From Thermoanaerobaculia bacterium (lineage in GTDB: Bacteria; Acidobacteriota; Thermoanaerobaculia; Multivoradales; Multivoraceae): 64,000 nt of DNA. The DNA lies in contig OY761158.1 in NCBI GenBank assembly GCA_963664405.1, positions 416,001 through 480,000 of the forward strand. The letters are read 5' to 3'. The notes beneath the pieces were generated by a model. That model was not told where the DNA came from. It worked only from the letters and a program-made list of their open reading frames with translations, and ran no database searches. Below are positions 49,666 through 57,940 of the stretch, piece by piece (the stretch's first letter is position 1; the number at the start of each line of letters is the position of its first letter). The position numbers and the translations under genes are program-made.

Positions 49666-50113
49666 CCCGCGCCCGCCTGCGCACCGGGCGTACTCGGCGC
49701 GATCGCAAGAAGTCGTGGCGGACAATCGGCTCGCAAGGATGGCGGCACAGCCTGCAGAGAAGCTCCTCGTTCCGACCTCCAACGGACAAGCCTTGCAAAA
49801 ACAACGGAAGCGGCGCGGTGGGCCATGACGCCACCGTCGCAGGGCAGCCCCCGGTGCGGCAACTGTGATGCGTCACTTTCTTTGAGCCTTGCTGCTTGCG
49901 ATCTCGATAGGCCTGCTGACGACGAGCATGCAAGCGGCGCCCTCGCGGCGTCTGCTGATAGCGACGCCCGGCCCCGCGAAGGCTGTGGCGCCGAGCCTCA
50001 TCCCGGCACTCCGGCGTGCAATAACGATGGCCGCGATCGCACCAAGAGCAAATGTAGACAGCTTGCCGGCAACGATCGCAAACGAAACGGCGACAATCGG
50101 GACGGCGGCGCAC
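49622..50113 (-). CDS. IS21-associated Cys-rich, Arg-rich protein (putative zinc finger)
   Basis: AAGGAGG SD before GTG at 50113; CDRC-x6-CSWC-DRGHRY-CTPEC, basic helix, KVTH, CRLCRHPC. Confidence 0.8.
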   Translation of the reverse strand: MRRRPDCRRFVCDRCRQAVYICSWCDRGHRYCTPECRDEARRHSLRGAGRRYQQTPRGRRLHARRQQAYRDRKQQGSKKVTHHSCRTGGCPATVASWPTAPLPLFLQGLSVGGRNEELLCRLCRHPCEPIVRHDFLRSRRVRPVRRRARDDLSRARRRDPPSL

Positions 50114-50377
50114 GGCCCAGGCCTCCTTCGGCCTGGACTTCGCCACCCGCAGGCGGAATACTCCCTCTTCTGGGGCGTCATACCCCAGGCCTTCCGGCGG
50201 TGGGCGGTCACCTTGCTTGGAGTCGCCCCCGCCGGTCTCCCCATACTCCCACCTGCCACGCTGCTCGCGCGCTCGCGCGCGACGATGATGCTGAAGAGAC
50301 TCTCAGCAGGAAACGCGGTCAGAAAGCCGGGATCGCGCGCTTCTTAAGCGCCGTTGACAACACGCTCCTAGCCTCCA

Positions 50378-50397
50378 GAAATGATTACTATCATTTC
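50378..50397. promoter_or_regulatory. AT-rich palindrome GAAATGAT-TACT-ATCATTTC (possible operator)
   Basis: 8-bp perfect arms in an otherwise GC-rich sequence. Confidence 0.4.
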
Positions 50398-50668
50398 CTC
50401 CGGCTAGTTGCAGTTTGGCGCCGAGGACGGCGCACTCAGGCGTTGATTCCTATTCGCTTCGGAAACGCCGGGGCCGATTCTTCACCGACATCGTGACGAA
50501 TAGCCCTGCACTCTTGTCCTCTCTTGTCCGGATTCGGTCATTCATGATGCTCCTACTGCGGTGCCGCAGCACCTCGCTACGGACCTCATGAATACTCCAG
50601 GCTAAGCGGAATCCCCGGGCCCCCATCCTCGCCGTCTAGCGAGACCCCCTTAGCGAGGTGCTCATGGG

Positions 50669-50693
50669 AGCCCGGGAACCCACAGCCCGGGCT
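50669..50693 (-). terminator. hairpin downstream of the 50710 gene
   Basis: AGCCCGGG-N9-CCCGGGCT; no clear U-tract. Confidence 0.35.
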
Positions 50694-50709
50694 TGACTCC
50701 TGATCTTGA

Positions 50710-51414
50710 CTAGTCGATCCCGAACTCCGTCTCCGAGATGGTTTGGTTGCCGCTCTCCTCGATCGCCAAGACCTCCCACTTACACTCATCCGCCCCATCC
50801 AGGACCTCGGGTGCGACGGTCAGAGTCGTCACCATCGGCCCGACGTCAGCCTCGAGCTTTCGTAGGGCCGGCTCTTCGCACTCGACGACGACGTGATAGC
50901 TAACGATCTCGCTACCAGGCGGATCGGCCACCGGCGCCCACTCGAAGACGGCGTCCTCGGGGTCGACGTCCTCACCGTCCTTGGGAAAGACCTGAAGCGG
51001 TGCCGCAGGGAGCGCGTGCGTCAGCATTGCCTTGCCTTTGAGGCTGTGCCCGTCGGTGGTCATACCCTTGAAAACGTAAGTGCCCTCTGGAAACAAGGCG
51101 AGGAGATCGGCCAGCGGTTGCTCGTCGAAACTCGGCTCGGCGCTCTCGAAGAAAAGCTCGGTGATCCCTTGTATGCCGACGCTGCCCTTCCCTTTGAAGT
51201 TGAGGATGGTGTTTCCATCCGGGTCCTTGACTTTCATCTTGTCCCAGCCTTCGCCGTCCAAGAAAATCTGAATGCCTGCATCTCCGTCCGTGTCGTTGAT
51301 TTCAAACCATATCCCCACCTCGCTGAGTGGCCTCGCCTGCACCTGCGGCGCGCCCAACCCCAACAACAGTGCGACGATGGCCATCGTTGGTAACCAAACT
51401 GTTCTACCCGTCAT
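50710..51414 (-). CDS. secreted acidic beta-rich hypothetical protein (FN3-like C-terminus)
   Basis: Signal peptide; 'FEINDTDGDAGIQIFLDGEGW', 'FFESAEP', 'EVLAIEESGNQT'. Confidence 0.7.
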   Translation of the reverse strand: MTGRTVWLPTMAIVALLLGLGAPQVQARPLSEVGIWFEINDTDGDAGIQIFLDGEGWDKMKVKDPDGNTILNFKGKGSVGIQGITELFFESAEPSFDEQPLADLLALFPEGTYVFKGMTTDGHSLKGKAMLTHALPAAPLQVFPKDGEDVDPEDAVFEWAPVADPPGSEIVSYHVVVECEEPALRKLEADVGPMVTTLTVAPEVLDGADECKWEVLAIEESGNQTISETEFGID

Positions 51415-51826
51415 ATCTCTTCCTCCTAGAAGTGCGAGAGAGTTAATGCCTCGAGAAGCGTTCCCGCACGCCGCTCCTCTCTCAATGAAGATGCACGCAC
51501 GGCGGAATCCCCTCGATCTCTTTCGAGTTTCTTCAAAGACCAAAAAATCGGCGGACTCCACGGGACTCCCTCGACTCGCCGGAAGAGATGCTGAGCGAGT
51601 TGTACTGAGAGAGCCCCGGGAGCCCAACCCAGGAGCTCCGTCTCAGACCGGGCATGGTTTTGCCATCCTCCTCAGTCCGAGAGGTAATGGCCTCCTGGAG
51701 CGTTCTCCCACGCCGCTCCTAAATCAATAGGATACGCAGAAGGCGGGACCCCCTCGACATTCTTCCGAGCCCAGGATCTCAGAGCGGAGGCCGGTGCACC
51801 GGACTCGGCTCACCGAGAGCTCTCTT

Positions 51827-52159
51827 CTAGGCTTTGCCGAAGAAGGCATCGGCCACGAAGAACTTCACCCGTTCGCGCTCCTCATCGCCAAGCTCCTCGA
51901 AACGAAGAGCCATCCCAGCATTGGCCTCGGTCCAAACTACGGAGGCCTTACAGCGAATCGGGCTCTCTCCTGTCTCGCCTGGCAGAGCGAAGGTCAGAGT
52001 CACCGACTCGCCTGCCGGGAGAGGGGTGAGAGTCCCGGCGTACACGCCCGTTTCACTAATGTCTTCGATCCGAGCTTCGAAGGTCGCTCCGCGCGCTTCG
52101 ATCGCAGCCTCGATCGGACTGGATACTCGGACGGCTCGCCTCTCTACCTCAAAAGACAT
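51827..52159 (-). CDS. PilZ domain protein
   Basis: 'ERRAVR' (RxxxR) and 'DISETG' (DxSxxG) c-di-GMP motifs. Confidence 0.88.
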   Translation of the reverse strand: MSFEVERRAVRVSSPIEAAIEARGATFEARIEDISETGVYAGTLTPLPAGESVTLTFALPGETGESPIRCKASVVWTEANAGMALRFEELGDEERERVKFFVADAFFGKA

Positions 52160-52508
52160 GGCTTCGCACCCCTTCTGCCCCCGGCCTCCGCCGACCGATC
52201 AATTTCAGTCACCGCGACGGCAATAGATGTCTCCAATAGCTTACATTCGTGACGCATGAATCAAGTCTTTCTCAAAGCGAATTCGTGCCGGGCGTTCAGG
52301 GTGCCCCAGATCGCCGCAGCGCGAAGGATCTCGGCGACGTAGGCGTACTGAGGGGTACGTTGGCGGTGAGTGGGGTGCAGCTGAATGGCCGGAGGTTCGG
52401 GATGCGCCGTCCTCGGCGCCATGTTCCGCATCCGGAGGAAGTGATACCGATCACTTCCGTAGGATGCGACGAGCACGCGGTGAGGTGGGGTGCCCTGGAC
52501 GGCCGGCC

Positions 52509-52679
52509 TTAGCGGCCAACGCCCATCGCCCGGTGCAGTACAAAGCCGATCGAGCCGACCGCCGCCACCAGAGACGCGACCAGCCAGAAGCGCCATCCCT
52601 CGCTCCAAGCTATCCAAGCGAAATAGGCGAAGCCAAATCCTACGCATACGGCCATCGGGATGGCTTGGTTCGCCTTCAT
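52509..52679 (-). CDS. small two-TM hypothetical protein
   Basis: 'MKANQAIPMAVCVGFGFAYFAWIAW...WLVASLVAAVGSIGFVLH' with GGAG upstream. Confidence 0.35.
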   Translation of the reverse strand: MKANQAIPMAVCVGFGFAYFAWIAWSEGWRFWLVASLVAAVGSIGFVLHRAMGVGR

Positions 52680-52769
52680 TCTTGAGCTCCACTCCCGGTC
52701 TTGTTTCCGTGCCTGGCAAGCCGAGGCGCCGCGCCCGCCAATGATAGCCTCCTCGGCGGTAGGCACGAC

Positions 52770-54047
52770 ATGACCTCGACCACTGTCCACAACGAGACCG
52801 GTCACGAGATTCCCGGTTTCCGCCCGGTTCCCCGTACTGGCGTGATCTATGTCATGCATCGCGCACAAGAGCTCGGCTTCGCTTCCCATCGAGAGGAGTG
52901 GTCCAACCTTGGGCAAGGAGCCCCGGAGTGCGGTTTGATTCCGGGCGCACCTGCACGCAGAGAGCAGGTCCTGATCCCGCCGTCTCATCACGAGTACGCC
53001 CCCATCGGTGGCATCCGCGTTCTTCGAGAGAAAGTCGCCGACCTCTACAACCGCGCTTATCGAAAAGGTCGCTCTTCGCTCTACACCGCCGATAACGTCA
53101 GCATCGCACCCGGCGGCCGCGCCGCGATGACTCGACTCGTGGCGGCGATGGGCGAGGTGAACATGGGGCACTTCATCCCCGACTACACCGCCTACGAAGA
53201 GCTTCTCAGCACCTTCAAAGGCTTCGTCCCGATCCCCATCCTGCTCAGCCGACGAGCCGGCTACAGAATCGGTATCGAGGAACTGGAACGCGAGATCGTC
53301 GGCCGCGGTCTTTCCGCCCTCCTCTTCAGCAACCCCTGCAATCCCACCGGCCAGCTGGTCGAGGGTAGGGAGCTAGAGCAGTGGGTGGAGCTAGCGACGA
53401 GAGAGCGTTGCACGATGATTGTTGACGAGTTCTACAGCCACTACATCTACGGCAGCGCGGCCGCAGAGGCCCGAATGGTTTCCGCGGCTGAGTTCATCGA
53501 CGACGTCGAGCAAGACCCGGTAATCATGGTTGACGGCCTCACCAAGAACTGGCGCTACCCAGGCTGGAGGGTGAGCTGGATCGTCGGGCCCCGCGAGATC
53601 ATCGCTCAGGCGACCAGCGCCGGATCCTATCTGGACGGCGGAGCCAACCACCCCTTCCAGCGAGAAGCCGTGACTCTGCTCGATCCTGGGCTGGTGCACC
53701 AAGAGACCCAGGCCATCCAGCAAGAGTTCCAATCCAAACGACAGTACCTTCTCGCCCGGCTGCGCGATCTCGGCGTTGAAGTCGACGTAGATCCGCAGGG
53801 GGCCTTTTACGTTTGGGGCAATCTGCACCGCCTGCCTCCTCCCCTCGACGACGGAATGCACTTCTTCGAGGCGGGCTTGAAAGAGAAGGTCATCACCGTT
53901 CCCGGAACCTTCTTCGACGTCAACCCGGGCAGACGTCGTGCTCACGGGCGCTACCAAAGTTACTCCAGGTTCAGTTTCGGGCCCTCATTACCGGAGCTCG
54001 AGCGCGGCCTCGATTCCGTCGAGCGCATCGTTCGTTCCGCGAGCTGA
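52770..54047 (+). CDS. class I/II PLP-dependent aminotransferase
   Basis: 'NLGQGAPE', 'SNPCNPTG', 'VDEFY', 'DGLTKNWRYPGWRV', 'PQGAFY'. Confidence 0.92.
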   Translation: MTSTTVHNETGHEIPGFRPVPRTGVIYVMHRAQELGFASHREEWSNLGQGAPECGLIPGAPARREQVLIPPSHHEYAPIGGIRVLREKVADLYNRAYRKGRSSLYTADNVSIAPGGRAAMTRLVAAMGEVNMGHFIPDYTAYEELLSTFKGFVPIPILLSRRAGYRIGIEELEREIVGRGLSALLFSNPCNPTGQLVEGRELEQWVELATRERCTMIVDEFYSHYIYGSAAAEARMVSAAEFIDDVEQDPVIMVDGLTKNWRYPGWRVSWIVGPREIIAQATSAGSYLDGGANHPFQREAVTLLDPGLVHQETQAIQQEFQSKRQYLLARLRDLGVEVDVDPQGAFYVWGNLHRLPPPLDDGMHFFEAGLKEKVITVPGTFFDVNPGRRRAHGRYQSYSRFSFGPSLPELERGLDSVERIVRSAS

Positions 54048-55552
54048 TGCCCCCCAAGCCCGGGCTCCGATACCGGATCCCGGCGTTGCCGACGATCACT
54101 GCGATCGCACTCGCGAGCTTCACCGCGATCCTGCCCCTGTCCGCCCAGGAGCTACCGCCGCCCGGTGAGCGCTGGCGAGAAGTCCGCGGTGAAGGTTTGG
54201 TACTGCGGAGCGCCGCAGCCGAGAAGAGGACCGCCTCAGTGGCCCAGGATCTTGCAAGCTTCCGCAAGACCCTGCTGAAACAGCTGGAGACACCGGAGCA
54301 TCAGTCGCCCTACCCCACCGAGATCCTGCTTTTCCGTCGTAAGGACGATTTGGCCTCTTACCATCGACAGGCTGATGGATCCCCGCCGCCCGAGCCCGTG
54401 CTCAGTGTTTTCGACCGCCGCGGACGGCTGGTCGCGCTTGCGGCCGATGCACTCGAGCGAGACCTCCCTCAGATCCGCAGGTTACTCGCCCATGATTTGA
54501 TCAGCGAGCTTGGCCCGGTAGCGCCAGCTGGATCAGATACAGCCCTAGTCTCGCCGACTGCAAACACCGAGCCCGCCGTGCTTTCAACCCCACGCCAGCT
54601 CGATCGCGACGAGCTGCTCCTGGCTCTGGGTGACCTGATCGCCCGCAGCACATCCTGGAACACGGTCGGCGCCGAGCTTCACTACAGCGAGATCCAAGAG
54701 AGCAGCCGCCTCTACGCAGCAGCGCTGCGGGGAATCGCGACCCTTCGCGACATCGACGGCAGATCCGAAGACGCTACCGAGGTCTACCTGCAGAGCCTGG
54801 CCTTGGAGGCGAACGACGCACTCACACTCACACTGGCGGGATGGAGCCGCCTCGACGGCTTCCGCTACCGAGTGGGAACCCGGCGAGCACGGGAGGATCC
54901 TCTGCCCGAGACGGCCAAAGCCGCCTACGAGCTCTTTTCCCGCGCAGTCGAGAGCTCACCGCGATCCCCGTACCCCCTTCACGGCCTCGGCGCCAGCCTT
55001 CTCTACGGGACTCATCACCTCGACGAAGGCCTACTCGCGTTAAGGAGCGCCCACGAGCTTCTGCCCAATGACTACGAGATTCTTGGTGACCTCGTGATCT
55101 TCTACGCCCACTCGGGGCGAAACACCGAGGCCCACGAGCTCTTCGCCGAACGCCTCGAGGGTCGAGGTCCCGAGCCACTCCTAGATCTGGTCGACAGAAT
55201 GCTGGTCGAGGAAGACCTCGCTCAGGTCACGACCCTGGTCCAACAGGAGCATGCGGAAGAGGCGATTCTCGTTCTTCGAACATCACTCGAGCACGCCCGC
55301 AGCGAAGAGACCAGGGACCTCTTCGAGCAGGTTCTCGAGCAACTCGAGAAGATCCGCGAGGGCCAAGCACGAGACCGAGAGGTCGAGCGCTTCAACACCG
55401 AGGTCTATCCGAAACTAAAAGAGCTGATGGACCAAGGTAGACTCGAGGAGGCGCAAGATCGGCTTGAGGAGTTGCTGGCCCAGGACCTTCACCCAGACGT
55501 CAGGGCAAGAGCGGGAGAGCTACTTCTTACTCTCCAGAACCTCGGCCCCTAG
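54047..55552 (+). CDS. secreted TPR-like protein
   Basis: TGATG coupling; signal peptide; helical repeats. Confidence 0.6.
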   Translation: MPPKPGLRYRIPALPTITAIALASFTAILPLSAQELPPPGERWREVRGEGLVLRSAAAEKRTASVAQDLASFRKTLLKQLETPEHQSPYPTEILLFRRKDDLASYHRQADGSPPPEPVLSVFDRRGRLVALAADALERDLPQIRRLLAHDLISELGPVAPAGSDTALVSPTANTEPAVLSTPRQLDRDELLLALGDLIARSTSWNTVGAELHYSEIQESSRLYAAALRGIATLRDIDGRSEDATEVYLQSLALEANDALTLTLAGWSRLDGFRYRVGTRRAREDPLPETAKAAYELFSRAVESSPRSPYPLHGLGASLLYGTHHLDEGLLALRSAHELLPNDYEILGDLVIFYAHSGRNTEAHELFAERLEGRGPEPLLDLVDRMLVEEDLAQVTTLVQQEHAEEAILVLRTSLEHARSEETRDLFEQVLEQLEKIREGQARDREVERFNTEVYPKLKELMDQGRLEEAQDRLEELLAQDLHPDVRARAGELLLTLQNLGP

Positions 55553-55571
55553 ACTGGACCCGGAGTCGCCG

Positions 55572-56843
55572 TCACGCCAGACGACCCATCCAATCGACAA
55601 TCAACGAGGCAATCTCTTCACCGGCGTCTTCCTGGATGAAATGGCCCGCACCCGCAATGGCAACAGCCGCTGAGGAGTTTGGAAAGAGCCGTTCAACGTC
55701 CTTCACCCACGCCGCGGTAATCGGATCTTCTTCCGACCAGATCGGCAGCACCGGTATCCGTAGGTCACGGAGGGCCAAGCGGGCCATGCTGTTTTCGTAG
55801 GCACCAGGGTGGTCAGGGCGAGTCGGCACCAAACGCGGAAAGATCCGAGCGCCTGTCTGATACTCGCGGTCGGGGAAGGGTGCCCCATAGGCCTGCGCTT
55901 CAGCGGTCGAGAAGTCCGGCCGCCGAACCGCGCTCTGCATCATTCTCGGCACATCCATCTCCGGGACCGATTGCGAGAAGCGGCGCCAGGCCGTGAACGC
56001 CTCCGCCACTGGCCCGCTCCCATCGGGAAGACCGGTATTCATCGCCACCAATCGACGGAAGCGATGAGCCTCATCGGCAACCAAGCGAAGACCGAGAAGC
56101 CCGCCCCAGTCCTGGCACACCAATGTCAAATCACCAAGGTCCAGGGCCGCGACGAAGCGTCGCAGCCAGCGAAGGTGAGAGCGGTAGGTATAGGCGCTGC
56201 TGAGAGTCGGCTTGTCAGAGCGGCCGAAGCCGATCAAGTCCGGGGCAACGACTCGTCCGGCCTGCGCCAGCACGGGGATCATGAAACGGTATAGATAGCT
56301 CCACGTCGGTTCGCCGTGGAGCAATAGAAAGCACTCCTCGGCGTCTTCGCTTCCGGCCTCCACATAGGCCATGCTCAGGCCCTCGACTTCGACCTCTCGT
56401 CGCTCCCAATGGAAGCCGGGAAGGTTGCTGAAGCGCTCTTCAGGAGTCCGCAACACACTGCCCTCGGGCCAGCCACCCGGAGTACCGGCGTAGCTGAATA
56501 CCTGACTTACATCGTCGACATCCAAACTCTCGGCCACCTCTGCGACCCACAACCCGAGGTCGGCCAGGTCGGCATCGATCTCGTGCTCTGGAGGGCGTGG
56601 CTCGAAACGATGCCACCAACCGTACACCCTAGCCATACTCGGACGGCCGCGCCCGAGGTCGGCTAGCTCCAACGAGTACAGATGGTCATGCCCCGAACGC
56701 CAGAAACTCTCACCGCTGCGCTTTCCGAGCGCTCGCTCTAGATCGCCGGCGACATCGGGACGCACGTCCAACTCCTGCTCCCAAAGAAGAGGGTCGGAAC
56801 GCAAGAGCGAGAGCTCTTCAGCGGGAGGCTCTACCCACTTCAT
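55572..56843 (-). CDS. haloalkane dehalogenase (HLD-I-like) with N-terminal extension
   Basis: 'LRTPEERF', 'LLHGEPTWSYLY', 'PDLIGFGRSDKP', 'QDWGG', 'GHFIQED'. Confidence 0.88.
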   Translation of the reverse strand: MKWVEPPAEELSLLRSDPLLWEQELDVRPDVAGDLERALGKRSGESFWRSGHDHLYSLELADLGRGRPSMARVYGWWHRFEPRPPEHEIDADLADLGLWVAEVAESLDVDDVSQVFSYAGTPGGWPEGSVLRTPEERFSNLPGFHWERREVEVEGLSMAYVEAGSEDAEECFLLLHGEPTWSYLYRFMIPVLAQAGRVVAPDLIGFGRSDKPTLSSAYTYRSHLRWLRRFVAALDLGDLTLVCQDWGGLLGLRLVADEAHRFRRLVAMNTGLPDGSGPVAEAFTAWRRFSQSVPEMDVPRMMQSAVRRPDFSTAEAQAYGAPFPDREYQTGARIFPRLVPTRPDHPGAYENSMARLALRDLRIPVLPIWSEEDPITAAWVKDVERLFPNSSAAVAIAGAGHFIQEDAGEEIASLIVDWMGRLA

Positions 56844-57769
56844 GAGCGAGCTCGATTCAGGAATTCCACGAGAGCGCGTGCCAGATCAGGGCCTCTATCA
56901 TCCTGAAGGAAGTGGCGGGCGCGGTCGAAGCAGGTAGGTCCCTCCGCATGCGGCAAGAGCTCTTTGAGACGATTCGCGTACTCGATCGGAAAGACGTTGT
57001 CCTCAGGCGCCCAAAGCAAGGCGGTGGGTACCTCGCTCAGCTCAGCGAGCCGGCTCTCGACGGCCTGCATGTCGCTCCAACCCCTGTCTCCTTCTGTCAT
57101 CGGGATGTTTCGAGGCCAGGTGAGCACGACATGGTCGGAGTCGGGCTCGTCGAATACGTGGTGGTACGCGGCGCCCTCAGCCGCACTCATGCCGCGCTGC
57201 GTCAGCGCGGACGGGCCATGCTGGGAAAGCACTCTCACCCGCTTCATCAAGAGCTGCCCGATCAGGGGCGCATGCCATGTCGTCCAGGGGCGCGGTGACG
57301 AATGGAATTTGCCGACGTAGCCGGTAAAGAGCCAGGTGTTCATCAGCACCAGCGCTCGCAGCTTCTCGACCCGTTGCAGTGCCGCTCCGACACCCTGGGG
57401 ACCACCCCAGTCCTGGCCGACGACAACAAACTCGTGAAGATCCAACTGGTCGATCAGCGACACCAGGTCGGCGACATGGTGAGCCATGGTCAGACTCGCA
57501 TCCAGACGAGGGTGGTCAGAATAACCGGCGCCGACCCAGTCGGGCGCCAGTGCTCGATAACCCGCCTCGCGCAAGGGCTCGAAAAAATCCCGATAGAGGA
57601 AGCCCCAGGTCGGGTTTCCGGAGAGCAGCAAGACCGGCAGGCTCGCCGCATCGCCCTCGTCGACATAGGCCATCCGGCGACCGTTGACGATCAACGAGTG
57701 CTGTCGGTAAGGAAAGATGTCCCGCAGCCACCCGGGTTTGGGTCGGAGGCCACGCTCGCTTCCACTCAT
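56840..57769 (-). CDS. alpha/beta hydrolase, haloalkane dehalogenase/OleB-like
   Basis: 'MAYVDEG', 'LLSGNPTWGFLY', 'GQDWGG', 'MNT', 'HFLQDD'; true start at 57769 because the ORF extension is the repeat element. Confidence 0.85.
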   Translation of the reverse strand: MSGSERGLRPKPGWLRDIFPYRQHSLIVNGRRMAYVDEGDAASLPVLLLSGNPTWGFLYRDFFEPLREAGYRALAPDWVGAGYSDHPRLDASLTMAHHVADLVSLIDQLDLHEFVVVGQDWGGPQGVGAALQRVEKLRALVLMNTWLFTGYVGKFHSSPRPWTTWHAPLIGQLLMKRVRVLSQHGPSALTQRGMSAAEGAAYHHVFDEPDSDHVVLTWPRNIPMTEGDRGWSDMQAVESRLAELSEVPTALLWAPEDNVFPIEYANRLKELLPHAEGPTCFDRARHFLQDDRGPDLARALVEFLNRARS

Positions 57770-57774
57770 CGAAG

Positions 57775-57940
57775 CTAGTGTCCTGTAACAGTGGTTCGTT
57801 GCATAAATCGCGCAGTCATTTTGTGGGCTGCCAAGGCGCGCCGACGAAGTCATATTGGGAATATTTCGAGGAGGTGCTACGACGGCAGGACGCAAAAGGG
57901 CCAGCGAGTTATGTGACGAGCCACTGGTACAGGACACTAG
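57775..57940. repeat. CTAG-bounded palindromic element, divergent copy 3
   Basis: TIR CTAGTGTCCTGTAACAGTGG / CCACTGGTACAGGACACTAG; core CAAGGCGCGCCGACG...CATATTGGGAATAT.TCGAGGAGG shared with copies 1 and 2. Confidence 0.85.

Larger units (their letters stand above)
47034..50359 (-). mobile_element. IS21-family insertion sequence, element 2 (four ORFs)
   Basis: TIR TGTTATCGGCGGTCATAAAGTGCGGGATTCCGGCT vs revcomp end TGTCAACGGCGCTTAAGAAGCGCGCGATCCCGGCT; TSD ACACG at 47029-47033 and 50360-50364. Confidence 0.96.

Noticed and set aside
50354-50385. Hybrid promoter from the outward TTGACA at the IS end
   Set aside because: The hexamer at 17-nt spacing is AGAAAT, a poor -10, and there is no downstream + strand gene.
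48682-50496. 604-aa + strand ORF and other long antisense ORFs (e.g. 13858-15210, 34201-35379, 5912-7084, 1396-2433)
   Set aside because: Shadow frames opposite well-supported genes, expected in high-GC DNA; no motifs recognised.
52261-52508. ORF 52261-52719 as a real gene
   Set aside because: No motif, and it overlaps a more plausible small TM ORF; cannot be supported.
57770-57937. N-terminal extension of hydrolase ORF 56840-57937
   Set aside because: The extension is the palindromic element read through; the likely start is the ATG at 57769.
20287-57940. Repeated palindromic sequence as a CRISPR array
   Set aside because: Copies are dispersed kilobases apart, ~166 bp long, have no spacers, and no cas genes are present.
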